Assembly (NCBI GenBank): GCA_041640595.1
Contig: JBEPZY010000003.1
Location: forward strand, 180,773-244,772
Length of the DNA: 64,000 bases
Direction: 5' to 3'
Source: Gemmatales bacterium
Lineage (GTDB): Bacteria > Planctomycetota > Planctomycetia > Gemmatales > HRBIN36
This document shows, piece by piece, positions 38,074 to 47,843 of the stretch. A model generated the notes under the pieces. It had not been told where the DNA came from. It searched no databases and worked only from the letters and a program-made list of their open reading frames with translations. How positions within the stretch are numbered: the first letter of the stretch is position 1; every line of letters starts with the position of its first letter. The position numbers and the translations under genes are program-made.

Positions 38074-39444
38074 ATGCAACGAGAATTTGTCTTACCCGAT
38101 TTGGGCGAGGGACTGCATGAGGCGACACTGGTGGCCTGGAAAGTCCAGGAAGGCGATGTGGTGGAGGCTGATCAACCTCTGGCCGAAGTGGAAACCGATA
38201 AAGCCACGTCCGAACTTCCAAGTCCTTATCGGGGTCGAATAGTCAAACTCCATTACCGGGCTGGCGACCGTGTGCCCGTGGGAGCGGTGCTGGTAACGTT
38301 TGAGGTAGAAGAAACCGAGCCGACAGCCCGGTCAGGTGCCCCTGAGCCAAGCAAAAGCAGCATGCCAGAACGCACCTCGGTCAGGCCAGCGAGTGAGACG
38401 CCGTCCGTTTCGATTCCAGGCGAGCCGGGCGTACCACGGAGAGATGGGCAACGTGAGCCGTCTATGGCCAGGCCGGTTCTGGCGGCACCGATCACACGCA
38501 AACTAGCACGTGAACACGGAATTGATTTGTCGCAGGTTCCTGGCACGGGACCGGGTGGGCGGGTAACGACGGAGGATGTGTTAGCGTACCTGGCGGCACG
38601 ACAGGGTGGCCGAAGGGCGGAAACTCGTCCGGAAGCTCCAGCCACGCCCGCACCGGAACCGGAAGCTGCGCCGCCGTCACCGTCAGGATCGGCAGTTGCG
38701 CCGGCCATCAGCAGGCCTCCGTTCCCCGATTTCGCTCAGTGGGGGCCAATCGAGCGTCAGCCGGCCAGTGCGATTCGGCGACGCATTGCCGAACGCATGA
38801 GTCTGGCCAGCTGGGTCCCGGCAACGGTAACCCATGCCGACGAAGCCGATATTACATCCCTGGAACAAGGTCGAGCCCAGGCGAAACCCGTGGCGGAGCA
38901 GCAAGGAGTTCGCTTGACCTTGCTGCCATTTGTTGTGAAGGCCGTGGTAATAGCGCTAAAGCACTGGCCGCTATTCAATGCCAGCTATGACGAGGAGCGG
39001 AACGAGATTATCGTCAAGAAGTATTACCATATCGGCATTGCAGTAGATACGCCGCAGGGACTACTCGTGCCGGTGGTACGCGACGCCGACCGTAAAAGCT
39101 TGTTGCAACTGGCGCAGGAGATGGCGGAGTTAGCGGAACGGGCTCGTCAGGGCCAGCTCCGTGCCGAAGAAATGCGAGGCAGCAGTTTCACCATCACCAA
39201 CATCGGGAGCCTGGGCGGGACTTTCTTCACACCGATTATCAACTGGCCCGAAGTGGCTATTCTCGGTCTGGGCCGGGTTCAGGAACGGCTTGCCCTGGTC
39301 GGAGATAAGCCGGTGGTGCGGAAAATGTTGCCTCTGTGTCTATCTTTCGATCATCGTTTGCTGGACGGTGCCGATGCAGCCCGATTTGTGAATGAAGTTC
39401 GGCAATTGCTGGAGAATCCCTCGCTGTTGCTGCTCCACGCCTGA
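38074..39444 (+). CDS. pdhC: 2-oxoacid dehydrogenase E2 (dihydrolipoamide acyltransferase)
   Basis: Lipoyl domain 'EVETDKAT', E3-binding 'GTGPGGRVT' and catalytic 'FDHRLLDGA'. Substrate specificity not determinable. Confidence 0.9.
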   Translation: MQREFVLPDLGEGLHEATLVAWKVQEGDVVEADQPLAEVETDKATSELPSPYRGRIVKLHYRAGDRVPVGAVLVTFEVEETEPTARSGAPEPSKSSMPERTSVRPASETPSVSIPGEPGVPRRDGQREPSMARPVLAAPITRKLAREHGIDLSQVPGTGPGGRVTTEDVLAYLAARQGGRRAETRPEAPATPAPEPEAAPPSPSGSAVAPAISRPPFPDFAQWGPIERQPASAIRRRIAERMSLASWVPATVTHADEADITSLEQGRAQAKPVAEQQGVRLTLLPFVVKAVVIALKHWPLFNASYDEERNEIIVKKYYHIGIAVDTPQGLLVPVVRDADRKSLLQLAQEMAELAERARQGQLRAEEMRGSSFTITNIGSLGGTFFTPIINWPEVAILGLGRVQERLALVGDKPVVRKMLPLCLSFDHRLLDGADAARFVNEVRQLLENPSLLLLHA

Positions 39445-39542
39445 ACGTTGACCCAGCGAGGATAGCTAAGCACCCGGCGACGATAGCAGCAGGGTCGGTA
39501 ACATTCACCTCGGGCGATCATCGAATTACGGAGCACGCAGGC

Positions 39543-40970
39543 ATGGTGATGGGCGAATCGCAAGAGCGAACCCAGGTGGTGGTGATTGGTGGTGGCCCCG
39601 GCGGATATACCGCGGCTTTCCGAGCAGCGGACCTGGGCAAACAGGTAGCCCTGGTCGAACAGGAAAAGCGTCTCGGCGGCGTGTGTTTGTTACGCGGTTG
39701 TATTCCCTCCAAAGCACTGATCACGGCGGCGGAATTGCTGGATCGGATTCGCCAGGCGGAAACCATGGGCATTCGGGTCGGGGAAATTCGTGTGGATATG
39801 CCGCGGTTGATTGCCTGGAAAAATAGCATCATTGATGACCTGGCCCGCGGGTTGGACACACTCGCACGTGGTCGCAACATCACTCGTTACGTTGGTCGGG
39901 CAACGTTTCGCGGTCCGCACGAATTGTTCATTCACACAAGCGACCAGCCGATCTTGCTGCGGTTTGAGCAGGCCATTATCGCAACAGGAAGCCAGCCCAT
40001 CGTCCCTCCGCCGCTGGAACGCGGTGAGCGTATCCTGACTTCCGACGAAGCACTCGATCTGACGGAAGTGCCCGCTTCGCTGCTGGTAGTCGGTGGCGGT
40101 TACATTGGAGTCGAGCTGGGTACCTGTTTTGCGGCGCTGGGCAGTCAGGTAACTATCGTCGAAATGCTCGACCGTCTCCTGCCAGGAACCGATGCAGACC
40201 TGGTGCGCATTGTCAAAAGACGATTGGAAAAGCGAGGCGTACAGATTCATTTGCAGGCGAAGGTAGTGGAAGCCAGAAACACCGGGGACGGTGTTCAGGT
40301 CAAGATTGCCCGAAGCGATGACAAAACAGTGGTCGGGGAATTTGCTCGCGTCCTGGTGGCTGTGGGCCGACGACCTAATAGCGACCAGCTCGGTCTGGAT
40401 CGCGCCGGTGTGCAGACCAATGAGAAAGGATACATCGTCGTAGATGAGCAATGCCGGACCAATGTGCCGCACCTTTTCGCCATCGGCGATGTAACTGGTC
40501 CACCGGCGCTGGCGCACCGTGCCCGGCGGCAGGGGATCGTGGCTGCCGAAGTCGTTGCCGGGCACCCAGCGGCTTTCGACAACCGTACCGTGCCGGCGGT
40601 TATCTTCTCGGACCCGGAAATTGCCTATTGCGGCTTGTCGGAGGAAGAAGCGAAAGCGGCTGGCTATCGTGTCCGCGTGGGAAAATTCCGACTCGGTGCC
40701 AGCGGTCGGGCGAAAACCCTCAACGACCCCGACGGTCTGGTCGTGGTGATTGCGGAAGAACCAGGCGAAGTGGTGCTGGGAGTGCGCATGGTGGGGCCGC
40801 ACGTCTCCGAACTGATCGGCGAGGCCACTCTGGCCATCGAAATGGGTGCCACTTTGGAAGACCTGATCGCCACGATCCATGCCCATCCAACACTGAGCGA
40901 AGCGATCCAGGAAGCAGCAGAAGTCTGTCGCGGCCAGGCTATTCATAGCCTCCGCGCTAAAACGGACTAG
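39543..40970 (+). CDS. lpdA: Dihydrolipoyl dehydrogenase
   Basis: 'GGGPGGY', 'GGVCLLRGCIPSK', 'GGGYIG' and 'HAHPTLSE'. Confidence 0.96.
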   Translation: MVMGESQERTQVVVIGGGPGGYTAAFRAADLGKQVALVEQEKRLGGVCLLRGCIPSKALITAAELLDRIRQAETMGIRVGEIRVDMPRLIAWKNSIIDDLARGLDTLARGRNITRYVGRATFRGPHELFIHTSDQPILLRFEQAIIATGSQPIVPPPLERGERILTSDEALDLTEVPASLLVVGGGYIGVELGTCFAALGSQVTIVEMLDRLLPGTDADLVRIVKRRLEKRGVQIHLQAKVVEARNTGDGVQVKIARSDDKTVVGEFARVLVAVGRRPNSDQLGLDRAGVQTNEKGYIVVDEQCRTNVPHLFAIGDVTGPPALAHRARRQGIVAAEVVAGHPAAFDNRTVPAVIFSDPEIAYCGLSEEEAKAAGYRVRVGKFRLGASGRAKTLNDPDGLVVVIAEEPGEVVLGVRMVGPHVSELIGEATLAIEMGATLEDLIATIHAHPTLSEAIQEAAEVCRGQAIHSLRAKTD

Positions 40971-41201
40971 CCAACGATGCCCAGTACGTAGCGGTATCGG
41001 CGTCCGCGTAGCCTGGTTCGCCGGTAGTCGTGGTTTGGAAGCCAGGCGCTGCGGGGAACCGGGCACAGGCTTATGATAAAGTGGGCACGGACGAGAAACA
41101 TCGGGATCGTGTCTCGGCTAAAGTCGGAAATGGTGGATGTGAATTGGCTGCGGTAGCCGACAATGGCGGCAAGCTGCTTCCGCGCCACCGATGGTGCGAC
41201 C

Positions 41202-42146
41202 ATGCAATGCATAAACGTTGAACAAGTCGCCGGAGACAATGCGACTTTAGAGCCAGCGCTGGCGGAAAAAGGGCGACGGTTGCTGCAAACGTTGCGCGAG
41301 ATGGGGAGCATGGTGGTAGCGTTCAGCGGCGGGGTGGATAGTGCGTTAGTAGCGTTGGCTGCGCATCGGGCTGTGGGCGAGCGTGCGGTTGCAGTGACGG
41401 CTGATAGTCCCAGTGTGCCGCGTCGGGAGCTGGAACTGGCCAGGCAACTGGCCCAGCAAATCGGTATTCGCCATGAGGTGGTGTCCACAGACGAGTTTTC
41501 CGACCCGAATTATCTGCGGAACGATGGTCGGCGGTGCTATTATTGCAAGTCGGAGTTATTCCGTCGGTTGACGGAGATGCTCGGCCGCTGGCAGGCCAAA
41601 TGGATTGTTAGTGGCGCCAATGTGGACGACCTGAAGGACTATCGGCCTGGTCTGCAAGCCGCGGCGGAACACAGAGTACGGCATCCGCTGGTGGAAGCAG
41701 GATTGACGAAGGCGGAAGTGCGAGAACTGGCGCGAGCCTGGGGTTTGCCGATCTGGGATAAGCCTGCGTCGCCGTGCTTGTCGAGCCGAATCGCTCCGGG
41801 CGTGGAAGTTACCCCGGAGCGTGTAGGGCGGATCGAGGCAGCGGAAAACTGGTTGCGGGATCGGCTCGGCTTGCGGGATTGCCGCGTCCGTGTCCATGCG
41901 GGAGAACTGGCCCGTGTTGAAGTACCGCTGGCCGAGCTGCCACGCATACTCGAACCCTCCATCCGTGCGGAAATGGTGAAATTTTTCCGGCAGGTCGGCT
42001 TCCAGTTCGTCACGGTGGATTTAGAAGGGCTGCGTTCCGGCAGCCTCAATGTGCTGGTACCCCTACAATGGCTGGGGCATCAGCCGAGATGTGCACCAGC
42101 GAATCCCTCACCGATTCCCGAAAACCAGGCGGAGGAAAGCTCATGA
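41202..42146 (+). CDS. larE: LarE-like ATP-dependent sulfur transferase (PP-loop)
   Basis: 'AFSGGVDS', 'RCYYCK', 'DYRPG', 'WDKPASPCLSSRI' and 'DLEGLRSGSLN'. Start 41163 or 41202. Confidence 0.9.
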   Translation: MQCINVEQVAGDNATLEPALAEKGRRLLQTLREMGSMVVAFSGGVDSALVALAAHRAVGERAVAVTADSPSVPRRELELARQLAQQIGIRHEVVSTDEFSDPNYLRNDGRRCYYCKSELFRRLTEMLGRWQAKWIVSGANVDDLKDYRPGLQAAAEHRVRHPLVEAGLTKAEVRELARAWGLPIWDKPASPCLSSRIAPGVEVTPERVGRIEAAENWLRDRLGLRDCRVRVHAGELARVEVPLAELPRILEPSIRAEMVKFFRQVGFQFVTVDLEGLRSGSLNVLVPLQWLGHQPRCAPANPSPIPENQAEESS

Positions 42147-42406
42147 CCCTGAGCAACCTCTCTGCACAGGAAGTGTTGAACCGTTATTTTCTGGAGCTGC
42201 GTTGTAAGCTGCTGGACATCGCCGCCATCCTCGACCGAATGGACCGAGGTGGGCCATTACCAGCCGATCCACGTCTGGAACAAATCCGCCAGGCGTTGCG
42301 AGAACTGGCGAGCGCCACCCCAGGCCGGGCAGAACGCATTCAGATGATCTTCTCCCGTCCTTATGATCCCAACTGGGAACGACCGCAACTGGAAGGCTCT
42401 GCCTGA
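42143..42406 (+). CDS. Small hypothetical protein
   Basis: GGAGG RBS and ATGA overlap with larE. Helical 'FLELRCKLLDIAAILDRMDR...RAERIQMIFSRPYDPNW'. Confidence 0.75.
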   Translation: MTLSNLSAQEVLNRYFLELRCKLLDIAAILDRMDRGGPLPADPRLEQIRQALRELASATPGRAERIQMIFSRPYDPNWERPQLEGSA

Positions 42407-42424
42407 GCGATGAGGAGACCAGCC

Positions 42425-43291
42425 ATGTACTATCTCGACCCGCACATCCACATGATTTCTCGCGTCACCGATGACTATGAGCGGATGGCCCAGTGTGGCT
42501 GCCTGGCGGTGAGCGAACCGGCGTTCTGGGCCGGATTCGATCGGGCCAGCGCTTACGGTTTTCTGGATTACTTCCGGCACCTGGTGGAGTTTGAACCGAA
42601 ACGAGCGGCTCAGTACGGCATCCGGCATTTTTGCTGGCTGTGCATCAATGCCAAAGAAGCGGAAAACGTGTCGCTGGCGCGCGAGGTGATTCGTCTGATC
42701 CCGCAATTTCTCGATCGGCCAAACGTGCTGGGCATCGGCGAAATCGGTTTGAACAAGAACACACGCAATGAAGCCACGGTTTTCCTGGAACAGGTGGATC
42801 TGGCCGCGCGTTACGACGAGCTTATCCTCATCCACACGCCGCATCTGGAAGACAAGTACATGGGCACGCGAATGATTATTGACATGCTCCAGTCCGACAG
42901 CCGGATTCGCCCCGAGCATGTTTTGATTGACCACGTCGAGGAACACACCATCCGCCACGCCCTGGATGCGGGGTACTGGTGCGCGATGACCCTGTATCCG
43001 ACGACCAAGTGCACTCCCCAACGTGCCGCGGATATGATTGAGATGTACGGCACGGAAAGGATTATGGTGAACTCGGCCGGCGACTGGGGACCTTCCGATC
43101 CGCTGGCAGTACCAAAATTCATTCAGGAGATGAAGCGTCGCGGCCACAGCGAAGCGGCGATTCGCCGCATCGTTTTGGAAAATCCGCTCACCTTTTTCCG
43201 CCAGTGCCGGCGCTGGCCTCACGATTGGGAAGAAACGCTCAACGGCCAGCTTGCTGCCAGCGAATCCCCAGCGGTGGCGGTTATGGCCTGA
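42425..43291 (+). CDS. TatD-family metal-dependent hydrolase (EboB-like)
   Basis: 'DPHIHM', 'GIGEIGL', 'IHTPH', 'IDH' and 'NSAGDWG.SDPL'. Confidence 0.88.
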   Translation: MYYLDPHIHMISRVTDDYERMAQCGCLAVSEPAFWAGFDRASAYGFLDYFRHLVEFEPKRAAQYGIRHFCWLCINAKEAENVSLAREVIRLIPQFLDRPNVLGIGEIGLNKNTRNEATVFLEQVDLAARYDELILIHTPHLEDKYMGTRMIIDMLQSDSRIRPEHVLIDHVEEHTIRHALDAGYWCAMTLYPTTKCTPQRAADMIEMYGTERIMVNSAGDWGPSDPLAVPKFIQEMKRRGHSEAAIRRIVLENPLTFFRQCRRWPHDWEETLNGQLAASESPAVAVMA

Positions 43292-43408
43292 ACCAGGGAA
43301 AATTTTTACGGCGGGCACGGGAACTTTCCAGCAGGCTTGGCGGTCTAAGCTAATGCAGGCGACGAGAGGCCCAGTGGCGAAAGTAAACCTTACACAAAAG
43401 GAGGTTCA

Positions 43409-44746
43409 ATGATGTGGACTCCTGCCATCCCAGAACAGATGAGTCGGCGGCATTTCTTGCAGCACGTGGCGGGTTTCTCGCTCATGGCCGGCGCCAGCCA
43501 GCAGTTCCTGCAGAATATTCTGGCGGCAGCACCCAGCTTGAAGCGGGAGCATAAGTCGCTGATTATTTTCTGGATGGGCGGTGGTCCCAGCCACATGGAC
43601 ACCTGGGACCTGAAACCAGGCCAACCGACCGGTGGCGAGTTCCGGCCTATGAAGACGAAGGTTCCCGGTGTCGAAATTTGCGAGCACATGCCCAAGATCG
43701 CCGAGCAGATTGACAGCCTGGCGATTATCCGTTCCCTGGTCAGCAACGAAGCCGATCACGGCCGCGGCACATACAAGATGCATACCGCCTATGCCCCGAA
43801 CCCGGCGATTCAATTCCCCTCGATCGGTTCGGTAGTGTGTCATCTGATCACGCCCAAGGATTTAGCTTTGCCGGGCTTTATCAGCATCAGCCGGCCAGCG
43901 GAGGGACCTGGTTTCCTGGGCATGGCTTACGCACCGTTCACCGTGCAAAATCCCGGTACGCCGCCTCAAAATATCAATCCGCCCCGCGAACTAGCGGACG
44001 AAAAAAGTGTAGAGGCCCAGATGCGCTTGCGGAATCGGTACAGGTTGCTTGGGCTGGTAGAACAGAACTTTGTCAATGAAGATCGCGGCGAGGCAGCCAA
44101 GGCCCATCTGGACGTGTACAGCAAAGCTTTCGACCTGACCGCTTCCAAGCTCAAGAATGTTTTCGACCTGACCCGAGAAAACGACGGCCGGCCAATTGAC
44201 CCGAAAGTGCGCGAAGCCTATGGCAATAATCCCTTCGGCCAGGGCTGCTTGCTGGCGCGGAAGCTGGTGGAGGTAGGTGTACCGGCCATCGAAATATCGC
44301 TGGGCGGCTGGGATAATCACAGTAACATCTTCAACACCCTGCACAACAATTCTGCCCAAGGCGGTCTGGTGGACCGTCTTGACCGTGGCATGGGTACGCT
44401 CATCCGCGAACTGAAGGAACGCGGGCTTTTGCAGCATACCGTGCTGCTCTGGATGGGCGAGTTTGGCCGAACTCCGCGCATCAACCAGAACAACGGCCGC
44501 GATCACTGGGCACGTTGCTGGTCGGTGGTCATTGGCGGTGGGCCGATCAAAGGCGGTCAGGTGTACGGCGCTACTACTGCGGATGGTATGGACATCAAAG
44601 ACAAACCGTGCACCGTTGGTGACCTGTTCGCCACTGTCTATCAGGCGCTGGGCATCGCTCCGGAAACGCAGATCCGCGATCCGCTTGGTCGTCCACGCAA
44701 GATCACCGGCGAACGGGGTGGGAAAGTGCTGGAAGGTTTGCTGTAA
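43409..44746 (+). CDS. DUF1501 family protein with Tat-like signal
   Basis: 'SRRHFL', 'WMGGGPSHMDTWDLKP', 'GGWDNH' and 'GEFGRTPRIN...GRDHW'. Confidence 0.93.
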   Translation: MMWTPAIPEQMSRRHFLQHVAGFSLMAGASQQFLQNILAAAPSLKREHKSLIIFWMGGGPSHMDTWDLKPGQPTGGEFRPMKTKVPGVEICEHMPKIAEQIDSLAIIRSLVSNEADHGRGTYKMHTAYAPNPAIQFPSIGSVVCHLITPKDLALPGFISISRPAEGPGFLGMAYAPFTVQNPGTPPQNINPPRELADEKSVEAQMRLRNRYRLLGLVEQNFVNEDRGEAAKAHLDVYSKAFDLTASKLKNVFDLTRENDGRPIDPKVREAYGNNPFGQGCLLARKLVEVGVPAIEISLGGWDNHSNIFNTLHNNSAQGGLVDRLDRGMGTLIRELKERGLLQHTVLLWMGEFGRTPRINQNNGRDHWARCWSVVIGGGPIKGGQVYGATTADGMDIKDKPCTVGDLFATVYQALGIAPETQIRDPLGRPRKITGERGGKVLEGLL

Positions 44747-44837
44747 GCGCAGCAACGCACCCTCACCTTGGCCGCCCATTCTCAAACCGTCTGGGCATGT
44801 AAGTCCGTCGCCAAGTAGCTGATCGCAAAGGAACCAG

Positions 44838-44862
44838 AGGCGGGCACTGTCCCGCCTTTTTT
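44838..44862 (+). terminator. Rho-independent terminator
   Basis: AGGCGGG-CACTGT-CCCGCCT followed by a T-run. Confidence 0.8.
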
Positions 44863-44939
44863 ATTGAATTCAGGACAAAGGTCGTCTCACGCTTTTTCCA
44901 TCGGCAGATGTTGCTGAAGCGCCGAAGCCGGCAGCTCGG

Positions 44940-46538
44940 TCAGTCTATCGGCGGAGAAATACGCAGGAGCGTTCGCGCTGCTGCACCCCGTACTTGCGGA
45001 TCGCTATCCCGCAGCAACGCTGTCAAGGCAGGACGGAGGTGATACGCCCGGCTGCCGTAATGTTCTAAAACTCGACACGCCTCGATTCGCACCGCAGCCG
45101 TCTCGGATCGTAAAGCCATTTCCAGGCCGGCGAGCCATTCCCCTGGTAAATTGTCTCGCCGCTGTTCTGCAAATTCGCGGATAGCCGTCAGTACTTCCTG
45201 AAGCACCTGGGGATCACGCTGCGGCTGGGCTACTCCGACATGTGCAGGGGCGAAAGGCCCGGCAGGAATGCCCGGCCACGGCATAGTCATTTGCAGTAAC
45301 AACTCGCCCAGTTCTTGCCGGGCAGCATCTAAACACCTGTTCCAGGTCCGCAACGTCTGGGCCAGACGCAACCGCACACCCAGTTCATCTTCTTCCAGCA
45401 AACGCGCTGCCAGCACTCGGGCAATGTGCTCTTGTTCCTCCTGACGCAGATGTGCTGCCCGGTTCGCTGTCAAACACCGTGCCATTGTCCAGCGGACCCA
45501 GGGATTGTCGCCAGCCAGACCCGCGAGCAAGGACTGGTAGGTTTCGGAATTAATCGGCGTTATGTTTTCCAGTGCCGAAGCCGCCGCTAATTTCGCCGCC
45601 GCGGATCGGTCTTCACGAACTACCCTGAGCAGGGCGGGTATGAATTGGCGAAGCTGTTGCTCCAACCGCACCGCCATTTTTTCGCCCGCCGGTTGCAAAT
45701 CGCTGTGTCGTAGTAGCGGAGGCAGTTCCCCAAGTGCTTCCAGGGTCTCGCCAATGAGTTGACGGACTGACGCATGCGGCAAGGCCAGATTATCGGCCAG
45801 CGACGATCCCAGATGCTCGAGCAGGGCCGTCAGGTCGCGCACTGCCGCCAGCGTGGAGGCTCGCATTTTTTCCTCGCGGAAAGCATCCTGCTGGCCGATC
45901 AGCCGTTGTGGCAAGGCGGTCAATGCTCCATGCAGCGTGCGCAGCGTGGCCTGGCGCACCGCAATTTCATGATGTCGCAGGCCCAGATCCCATACCGTCT
46001 GCAAGGCCAGCAAATCCGCCGCCAGTCGCTCCACCAGTTCGAGAGTCCGCAACTCCGCGTGTGGATTGTTCAATTCACGGAGCGAAAACTCCAGCCATTC
46101 CGCCAGTGATTCCGCACCAGCCAGCGCAACCTTCGGGGAGCGGTCCTGCAACAACGCTGCCCATGTTTGCCGCACCTCCTCGTTCCGCAAATCCGGTTGC
46201 AAAGCAGCCAGGGTATGAATCGCCGCCTCTCGAACCATCGGCTCACGGTCATTACGTGCCATCTCCGCCACTTTTGCCGCCAAACTCCGCAAACTTTGCA
46301 GTTCCTGGAGCATTTTCCTGCGCGCATCGGGAGCAGCCTGCCGCAGGTTCGTTTGCAGCTGGCGAACACGCTCGTGCATCCAGGTCAGAGCCGCCAGGCG
46401 AATTGTACCATCCACCGAACCCAGCCAGGCGGATACCTGGACTGGCTCATCCTGAGTCCAACCCTTGCCGACCAGAAACATAGCCAACACCAGTCCGATA
46501 AGCAAGGCCCGTCGGCCTGCACTGCCCAGGTCGCGCAT
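44940..46538 (-). CDS. Exported HEAT-repeat protein
   Basis: Signal-like N-terminus and repeated 'D....VR..A...L' units, e.g. 'LLRDSDPQVRGAAARTL'. Confidence 0.8.
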   Translation of the reverse strand: MRDLGSAGRRALLIGLVLAMFLVGKGWTQDEPVQVSAWLGSVDGTIRLAALTWMHERVRQLQTNLRQAAPDARRKMLQELQSLRSLAAKVAEMARNDREPMVREAAIHTLAALQPDLRNEEVRQTWAALLQDRSPKVALAGAESLAEWLEFSLRELNNPHAELRTLELVERLAADLLALQTVWDLGLRHHEIAVRQATLRTLHGALTALPQRLIGQQDAFREEKMRASTLAAVRDLTALLEHLGSSLADNLALPHASVRQLIGETLEALGELPPLLRHSDLQPAGEKMAVRLEQQLRQFIPALLRVVREDRSAAAKLAAASALENITPINSETYQSLLAGLAGDNPWVRWTMARCLTANRAAHLRQEEQEHIARVLAARLLEEDELGVRLRLAQTLRTWNRCLDAARQELGELLLQMTMPWPGIPAGPFAPAHVGVAQPQRDPQVLQEVLTAIREFAEQRRDNLPGEWLAGLEMALRSETAAVRIEACRVLEHYGSRAYHLRPALTALLRDSDPQVRGAAARTLLRISPPID

Positions 46539-46725
46539 ACCCAGCTCCTGTATGCGACGCCAGTCAATTCGTCTCGGCGTTATCCTGCTCGCAAATAATC
46601 ACGTATGGCTTCCTGCGGCCAGGGATGCAATGGGCACACAGTTTTTCAGCCACTCTGCCCCGTGAAGCTTGCCCAGTGCACTAATCACTAATCCCAGACG
46701 CGACTAACTTCGGTGGTGTTCCAGG

Positions 46726-46820
46726 GTGCACTATCCCCCATGCCAGTATCGGCAGTCGGCTTCGCCCCGCGGTCGGCCCGACCATCCGCCCGTGCACTAT
46801 CCCCCATGCCAGTATCGGCA
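46726..46820. repeat. Two identical 29-bp direct repeats separated by 37 bp
   Basis: GTGCACTATCCCCCATGCCAGTATCGGCA at 46726-46754 and 46792-46820. Confidence 0.85.
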
Positions 46821-47085
46821 CCCCCTCCAGGTGCACCGAAACAACACATTTCCGCCTGCGATGGGCCGCGAGTATTCTACTCAGTGCGACCGTATAACTT
46901 TCGCAAGCCTACCCGCTTTTCCTGTCCGGTATCCACGTCAAATCCACGAATCGCGGCCAGCGGAAACTGAAACTTTCATCTCCGTGGACTAAATCCCTTA
47001 CATCTAATGCCCCGGTATTCGGCGGATAATACCGTGCAGCAAGCGGTGGCGCGGAGGGTGACGAAATCGGGAAGCGGCTTGGAGA

Positions 47086-47826
47086 TCAACTCAGCACACG
47101 GGCGAGGAATTTGCGAGCCCGAGGGGTTTTGGGATTGTCAAGCACCTCGGCCGGTGTGCCTTCTTCGAGGATGCGTCCCTCGGCGAATATGCAAACGCGG
47201 TCAGCGACGCGGCGAGCGAAGCCGACTTCGTGCGTCACCACGACCAGGGTCAGTCCCTCGCGTTTCAGATCGGCCAGCACTTCCAGCACTTCCCATTTCA
47301 GTTCGGGATCGAGGGCACTGGTAATTTCGTCGCAGAGCAATCCCTTCGGCCCAATGGCCAGGGCACGGGCAATGGCGACCCGTTGTTTTTCCCCGCCGGA
47401 TAACTGTGCGGGAAAAGCCTCCGCACGGTGTTCGAGACCGACGCGATGCAGCAGTTTTCTCGCCAACTCGCGCGCCTGCGTGCGTGGCCAGCCCAGCACT
47501 AACCGTGGACCGATGGCCACGTTGTCCACGGCCCGTAAGTGCGGAAACAGTGCAAAGTCCTGGAAGACCATGCCCAGCTGCCGACGTATCTGCCAGGCCA
47601 CTTCGTGGGGCGTTTTGCCAGGATGCAAGACGATTTCCCCAACCCGCACCTGGCCGGCATCGAATGGGGTCAGGGCGTTGAGACAGCGAAGCAGCGTGGA
47701 TTTGCCGCTCCCACTCGGTCCCAGGATGGCCAGAGTTTCGCCCTGGTGGACGGTCAAATCCAGGTTGTCGAGCACGGTGCGTTCGCCGAAGCGTTTTACC
47801 AGGCCGCGGACCTCGATGGTGAACAT
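47086..47826 (-). CDS. Polar amino acid ABC transporter ATP-binding protein
   Basis: 'GPSGSGKST', 'LSGGEKQRVAIARAL', 'DEITSALDPE' and 'VTHE'. True start MFTIEV at 47826. Confidence 0.93.
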   Translation of the reverse strand: MFTIEVRGLVKRFGERTVLDNLDLTVHQGETLAILGPSGSGKSTLLRCLNALTPFDAGQVRVGEIVLHPGKTPHEVAWQIRRQLGMVFQDFALFPHLRAVDNVAIGPRLVLGWPRTQARELARKLLHRVGLEHRAEAFPAQLSGGEKQRVAIARALAIGPKGLLCDEITSALDPELKWEVLEVLADLKREGLTLVVVTHEVGFARRVADRVCIFAEGRILEEGTPAEVLDNPKTPRARKFLARVLS

Positions 47827-47843
47827 GGAGAGCGTCCGATCGG

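Noticed and set aside
39690..41066. 458-aa - strand ORF
   Set aside because: Antisense shadow of lpdA.
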